Shown here: piece after piece, positions 45,017 to 49,018 of the stretch | How positions within the stretch are numbered: the first letter of the stretch is position 1 | Layout: every line of letters begins with the position of its first letter | DNA from: an uncultured Gammaproteobacteria bacterium | Lineage (GTDB): Bacteria; Patescibacteriota; Microgenomatia; UBA8517 | Assembly: GCA_964599625.1 (NCBI GenBank) | Contig: CAZRGC010000001.1 | Span: forward strand, 1 to 49,018 | Length of the DNA: 49,018 bases | Reading direction: 5' to 3' | Notes under the pieces: generated by a model | Told to the model about the DNA's origin: nothing | Database searches by the model: none | What the model saw: the letters and a program-made list of their open reading frames with translations, nothing else | Program-made: the position numbers and the translations under genes

Positions 45017-45622
45017 ATGGAAAGCGAATTTGAAGCAAAATTTTATCCCGTAGATAAAGACAAATATAGGGAGAAACTAAAAAGTATCGGAGCAAAACTT
45101 ATAGTCCCCGAAAGAAAAATGCGAAGGGGTATCGCTGACAAAAGAGCCAACCCAGGAATTAATTGTAGCTACATACGAGTTAGAGACGAGGGGGATGTTG
45201 TGAGATTTAGTGCAAAAGTAGACGGTAAAGAAGGTGGCGAAGTTGGTGAGCAAAAAGAAACAGATGTAATAGTTTCGGATTACGATAAGACGATTCAAAT
45301 ACTTAAAGTCTCTGGGCTTGTATTTAACAGATACCAGGAAACATTAAGAGAAACTTGGGAGTATGAAGATGCAGAAATAACAATAGATACTTGGCCGGGA
45401 CTTTTGCCTTATTCAGAAATAGAAACCGTTTCGGAAAGTAGAGTTAAAGAAATAGCAGAAAAATTGGGTCTGTCCTGGGGGAAAAAGATTTTAACCCCCG
45501 CGCCGGATATTTTGGCCAAAGTGTACAAACTGTCAATTGATGATGTTTTGGAAAAAGTAGTGGACATTACATTTGAAAACAACCCCTTTAAAGATCTTGA
45601 AATGGTTTGGTTTAACGATTGA
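45017..45622 (+). CDS. CYTH-domain protein (class IV adenylate cyclase / triphosphate tunnel metalloenzyme family)
   Basis: N-terminal ExExK motif (EFEAKF). Size and charge pattern are typical of CYTH. Confidence 0.6.
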   Translation: MESEFEAKFYPVDKDKYREKLKSIGAKLIVPERKMRRGIADKRANPGINCSYIRVRDEGDVVRFSAKVDGKEGGEVGEQKETDVIVSDYDKTIQILKVSGLVFNRYQETLRETWEYEDAEITIDTWPGLLPYSEIETVSESRVKEIAEKLGLSWGKKILTPAPDILAKVYKLSIDDVLEKVVDITFENNPFKDLEMVWFND

Positions 45623-45623
45623 T

Positions 45624-45652
45624 TTGAATATTTAGTGCGTTGGGTTTAGAAT
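45624..45652 (+). promoter_or_regulatory. sigma70-type promoter (TTGAAT-17 nt-TAGAAT) for the serS leader
   Basis: TTGAAT at 45624-29, a 17-nt spacer, and TAGAAT at 45647-52. Confidence 0.5.
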
Positions 45653-45659
45653 ACAGAAA

Positions 45660-45832
45660 AGCGATTGAGGAATCTTCCAAATTCCAAGCTTGTAAGGGTA
45701 AAAAACTTACACGGGTAGCCCGTAACAGCCAAAATTAAGTATTAGCTTAGGTGGCAACTTCCATAGGTTAGCAAGGGATTTATCCTGAGCAAAGCCGAAG
45801 GACCGAAGCACGCATTAGAGGCGTGCTTTTTT
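45660..45832 (+). promoter_or_regulatory. candidate T-box riboswitch leader (Ser) with short Stem I
   Basis: Lies upstream of an aaRS gene. Hairpin GGAAT/ATTCC (45669-85) has the loop CUUCCAA (UCC followed by A). A T-box-like AGGUGGCA lies at 45749-56, whose UGGC could pair with GCCA of tRNA-Ser. An intrinsic terminator follows. Confidence 0.45.
45807..45832 (+). terminator. Rho-independent terminator 31 nt upstream of the serS ATG
   Basis: AGCACGC (45807-13), loop ATTAGAG, GCGTGCT (45821-27), with the T-run extending to 45832. Confidence 0.7.
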
Positions 45833-45863
45833 GTTGGTTGTAAAGTATTGTTATACTTAAATT

Positions 45864-47120
45864 ATGTTGGACATACAATTTATAAGAGAAAACGCAAATT
45901 TGGTGAAAAAAGCCACAAGTGACAAAGGTTTTGACTCTTCGGTGGTTGAGACTGTCATTAAGTTGGATTTGGAGTTTCGTACAGCACTTCGTGAACTGGA
46001 AGAAACCAGGCATAAACAAAATGAAATAACGGAGCAAATAAAAAGAGGAGACAAAAGCAACATCCGAAGTGCTTCGGAGTTGAAAGAGGCAATTAAAACT
46101 CTCGAACCCAAAGTTAAAGAGTTGGAATCAAAACTAAGAGACGAACTTTACAAAATTCCCAATATTGCCTCAAGTGATGTAACTGTAGGACCGCCGGAGA
46201 AAAACGATATTATAAAAACTGTTGGAGGGCCGACTAAGTTTGATTTCAAAGTGCGCGACCATGTGGAAATTGGGGAGCTTACTAAAACCATAAATCTGGA
46301 AGCAGGCGCCAAAGTTTCCCAGTCTGGGTTTTATTACATGGCGGGTGACGGCGCAATGCTTGAAATGGCATTGATTAATTATGCTATGGCAAAACTGGCC
46401 AAAAAAGGATTTGTTCCCATGATTACACCCAATGTGGCCAAAGAGAGAAATATCGTAGGTTGCGGATTCCAAGCCAGGAGCGATAAAGAGAGGCAGATTT
46501 ATCACGTTGAAGGGGAAGATTTGGACCTTATAGCAACAGCAGAAATAACTTTGGTTGGTTTGCACACGGATGAAATCTTGGATCTTAAAAGTCTTCCTTT
46601 GAAATATGTTGGATTTTCTTCGTGCTACAGGAAAGAAATCGGAAGTTATGGCAAAGACGTTAGGGGAATACTTAGAGTGCACGAATTTAGAAAAGTTGAG
46701 ATGGTGGTGTTTTGCGAACCCAAAGATTCGGAGCGCATTCATGACGAACTTTTGGCGATAGAGGAAGAAATTTGGCAAGATCTGGGAATTCCTTATCAGG
46801 TCATAAGAATGGCATCGGGTGATCTTGGTAACGCCGCTTCCAAAAAGTATGATGTGGAGGCTTGGATGCCAAGTCAGGAAAAGTATAGGGAGGTAACTTC
46901 CACAAGTAACACCACAGACTTTCAAGCAAGGCGCTTGAATATAAAAACAAAAATAGACGGTGAAAATAAATATGTCCATACATTAAACGGAACTATTTTG
47001 GCATTGGGGCGTGCAATTATCGCAGTTTATGAAAACTTCCAAAATAGCGACGGCTCTGTAAATATCCCTCAGGTGCTTAGGCCTTATATGGGTAAGGATA
47101 AAATAGAGGTTGCTAAATGA
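45864..47120 (+). CDS. serS: seryl-tRNA synthetase
   Basis: N-terminal coiled-coil arm plus the class II core (..TAEITL.., ..CYRKEIGSYGKDVRGILRVHEFRKVE.., ..TSNTTDFQARR..). Confidence 0.95.
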   Translation: MLDIQFIRENANLVKKATSDKGFDSSVVETVIKLDLEFRTALRELEETRHKQNEITEQIKRGDKSNIRSASELKEAIKTLEPKVKELESKLRDELYKIPNIASSDVTVGPPEKNDIIKTVGGPTKFDFKVRDHVEIGELTKTINLEAGAKVSQSGFYYMAGDGAMLEMALINYAMAKLAKKGFVPMITPNVAKERNIVGCGFQARSDKERQIYHVEGEDLDLIATAEITLVGLHTDEILDLKSLPLKYVGFSSCYRKEIGSYGKDVRGILRVHEFRKVEMVVFCEPKDSERIHDELLAIEEEIWQDLGIPYQVIRMASGDLGNAASKKYDVEAWMPSQEKYREVTSTSNTTDFQARRLNIKTKIDGENKYVHTLNGTILALGRAIIAVYENFQNSDGSVNIPQVLRPYMGKDKIEVAK

Positions 47121-48337
47121 TGTTTGCTCCACCTGAGGCTTTACTCAAAAAATATTCGGATGTTTTGATTAAGTATGCGCTTGGGAGCGGCAAAGGAATA
47201 AAAAAAGGGGAGACTGTTTTTCTTCAGGTGCCTGAATGCGCAAAACCCATCCTTAATCATTTGGTATTGTCGGTGTTGGAAGCAGGGGGTAATCCCATTG
47301 TTCATTATACTCCCGACGGAACGGACAGACACACTTCGGCAGATAGAATTTTTTTTGAGAATGCGTCACAAAAACAGATCGAATATGTTCCCAAAAGTTA
47401 TCTTTTGGGAAGAGTTGCCGATGCAGACCATTTTGTTAGTATTATCTCCACAAATAATAAAAAAGAATTGGAAGGAATAAATAGCAAAAAGATTTTGGCG
47501 CGACAAAAATCTTTGCTTTTTTATAAAAAAGAACGGGAGAAAAAAGAAAATTTGGGGAAACTTACTTGGACTTTGGGACTATATGGAACACCTGCAATGG
47601 CAAGAGAAGCGGGTTTGAATTTGGAAGAATATTGGAATCAAATATCAAAGGCTTGTTTTTTGGATGAAAAAGACCCGATTGCCAAATGGAAATATGTCAC
47701 AAAGGAAATCGAAAGAATAAAAACAAAACTCAACAATCTTAAAATTGAAAAGCTTTTGGTTAAAGGAAAGAATGTTGATTTGGAAATAGGCCTTGGAGAA
47801 GGGAGATTGTGGATGGGAGGATCGGGAAGAAATATTCCTTCATTTGAGCTTTTTATTTCACCTGACTGTCGGGTGACAAATGGTTGGGTAAAGTTTAACC
47901 AGCCGCTTTATATATACGGATCACTTATTGAAAATGTAGAACTTAATTTTAAAGATGGGAAAGTTGTAAAAGCGAAGTCTTCCAAAAACCAGAAACTTTT
48001 AAGAGAAATGGTCGATGCTTCCGGGGCGGATATGATTGGCGAATTTAGTCTTACAGATAAGCGTTTTTCCAGAATTACAAAGTTTATGGCTGAGACTTTG
48101 TATGACGAAAATATCGGAGGAAAATATGGAAATTTTCATATAGCTTTGGGTAGTGCATATAAAGATTCTTATCCGGGAAATCCATCCAGTTTGTCTGCAA
48201 ATGATTGGAAAAAACTTGGGTACAATGAAAGCAGTGTCCATACAGATATAATTTCAACGGACAATAGAACGGTAACCGCAGAGGTCGAGAAAGGTAAACT
48301 TTTACAAATATACAAAGGCGGTGAGTTTTGTATTTAA
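47117..48337 (+). CDS. aminopeptidase, M29 (AmpS/PepS) family
   Basis: LLKKYSDVLIKYALGSGKGIKKGETVFL.., ..YDENIGGKYGNFHIALGSAY.., ..HTDII. ATGA overlap with serS, and GAGGT lies 6 nt upstream. Confidence 0.8.
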   Translation: MMFAPPEALLKKYSDVLIKYALGSGKGIKKGETVFLQVPECAKPILNHLVLSVLEAGGNPIVHYTPDGTDRHTSADRIFFENASQKQIEYVPKSYLLGRVADADHFVSIISTNNKKELEGINSKKILARQKSLLFYKKEREKKENLGKLTWTLGLYGTPAMAREAGLNLEEYWNQISKACFLDEKDPIAKWKYVTKEIERIKTKLNNLKIEKLLVKGKNVDLEIGLGEGRLWMGGSGRNIPSFELFISPDCRVTNGWVKFNQPLYIYGSLIENVELNFKDGKVVKAKSSKNQKLLREMVDASGADMIGEFSLTDKRFSRITKFMAETLYDENIGGKYGNFHIALGSAYKDSYPGNPSSLSANDWKKLGYNESSVHTDIISTDNRTVTAEVEKGKLLQIYKGGEFCI

Positions 48338-48407
48338 ACTTCAAGAACTCTTTAATTTTTTGGATTCCAGGTATTGAATACATTTGAATGAATGTTAAAG
48401 TAAGCAT

Positions 48408-49018
48408 ATGAGTTTGTCCAAAAAAATAATAAAAAGCATTATTCACGCGCAAATTAACGAAAAAACAGAACACGAGGCGTATTCGCGGCTTGCCAACTGG
48501 ACTAAAAAACCGGGAGATAAAAAACTTTTTAGGGAGATGATGGCAAAAGAGGTGAAGCACTACAATTTTTGGAAAAAAATAAGCGGACAAGACACCGAAC
48601 CAAACAAGTTGAAGGCTGCTTTTTATTTTTATGCCGCAAGATATTTAGGCACCAATTTTGGAATTCAATTTATGGAGAGGAGTAAAAAGCATTCCTCAGA
48701 CTTTGAGTTGGAACTCAAAGGGAGTGGCGAAAAAAATATTGTAAAAATAATCGAATCGGAAGAACGTGACGAAAAAAGGATTTTGGAGAAAATAGACAAA
48801 AGTGAACTTGCCTACACAAGCTCTGTTATTTTGGGACTTAATGATGCGCTAGTGGAACTTACCGGAGCACTGGCCGGTTTTACTTTGGCACTGCAAAACC
48901 CCAAAGTGGTTGCGTTGGCAGGGTTTATTACGGGGGTGGCTGCAAGTTTTTCTATGGCCGCTTCGGAATATCTTTCCACAAAAGAGGAAGGTGGAAAAAA
49001 TCCGCTTACAGCGAGTAT
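48408..49018 (+). CDS. VIT1/CCC1-family iron/manganese transporter with N-terminal ferritin-like domain, 3'-truncated by window edge
   Basis: Not in the ORF track because it has no stop codon inside the window. The translation MSLSKKIIKSIIHAQINEKTEHEAYSRLA... ends in ...VILGLNDALVELTGALAG..GFITGVAASFSMAASEYLSTKEE, a VIT motif. TGTTAAAGT lies 6 nt upstream of the ATG. Confidence 0.7.
   Translation, partial: MSLSKKIIKSIIHAQINEKTEHEAYSRLANWTKKPGDKKLFREMMAKEVKHYNFWKKISGQDTEPNKLKAAFYFYAARYLGTNFGIQFMERSKKHSSDFELELKGSGEKNIVKIIESEERDEKRILEKIDKSELAYTSSVILGLNDALVELTGALAGFTLALQNPKVVALAGFITGVAASFSMAASEYLSTKEEGGKNPLTAS

Noticed and set aside
46170-46979. 269-aa minus-strand ORF. The same reasoning applies to the other long antisense ORFs, for example 11425-12012, 33754-34194, 34773-35198 and 6889-7353.
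   Set aside because: These ORFs are antisense to confidently identified genes (serS, peptidase S51, lon, YibE/F). Their compositions are Cys/Phe/Ile-rich and low in complexity, which is typical of shadow ORFs in AT-rich DNA.
1-49018. Alternative genetic code (UGA recoded, as in some candidate-phyla lineages).
   Set aside because: TGA terminates several conserved proteins at their expected lengths (the ABC exporter at 22651, CNNM at 18123, PAP2 at 32758, serS at 47120). No conserved domain is interrupted by an in-frame TGA.

Overview
This 49 kb, low-GC (roughly 38-40% by eye), gene-dense bacterial window holds about 60 protein genes and one tRNA. There is no rRNA, CRISPR array, transposase, integrase or recognisable phage or defence module. 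All protein calls come from motif recognition in the supplied translations; no database search was run.

Confident housekeeping genes are:
- pyruvate kinase (5'-truncated)
- Lon protease
- GreA
- LysS (class II)
- SerS
- an M29 aminopeptidase
- a fused TMD-NBD ABC exporter
- DgkA and a PAP2 phosphatase
- a YkuD L,D-transpeptidase
- metal transporters (CorA-like, CNNM/CBS, CDF-like, and a 3'-truncated VIT1/CCC1)
- small-molecule hydrolases (NUDIX, HAD, histidine phosphatase, HD, CYTH, VOC, peptidase S51)

About 40% of genes are hypothetical. TGA acts as a normal stop. The gene content and compactness suggest a small-genome, CPR/Patescibacteria-like organism, but that is inference only.

I found no convincing multi-gene novel system. 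The observations most worth a second look are:
1. A very regular architecture in which a TATAAT/TAAAAT-type -10 box sits 5-10 nt upstream of about 25 start codons, implying leaderless mRNAs, together with almost no Shine-Dalgarno motifs.
2. tRNA-Glu(CUC) followed by two more direct copies of its own 3'-terminal 19-21 nt, inside a diverged ~82-nt tandem unit.
3. A 119-aa membrane-anchored cupredoxin carrying a complete CuA signature (H-x34-C-x3-C-x3-H-x2-M), with no oxidase subunit I in the window.
4. An amidinotransferase-fold enzyme fused in frame to a GIY-YIG nuclease domain.
5. A small secreted protein whose cysteine pattern matches the eukaryotic VWC/chordin-type module.
6. A promoter, nested-helix leader and intrinsic terminator upstream of greA.
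7. A T-box-like leader with a terminator upstream of serS, whereas lysS looks leaderless.
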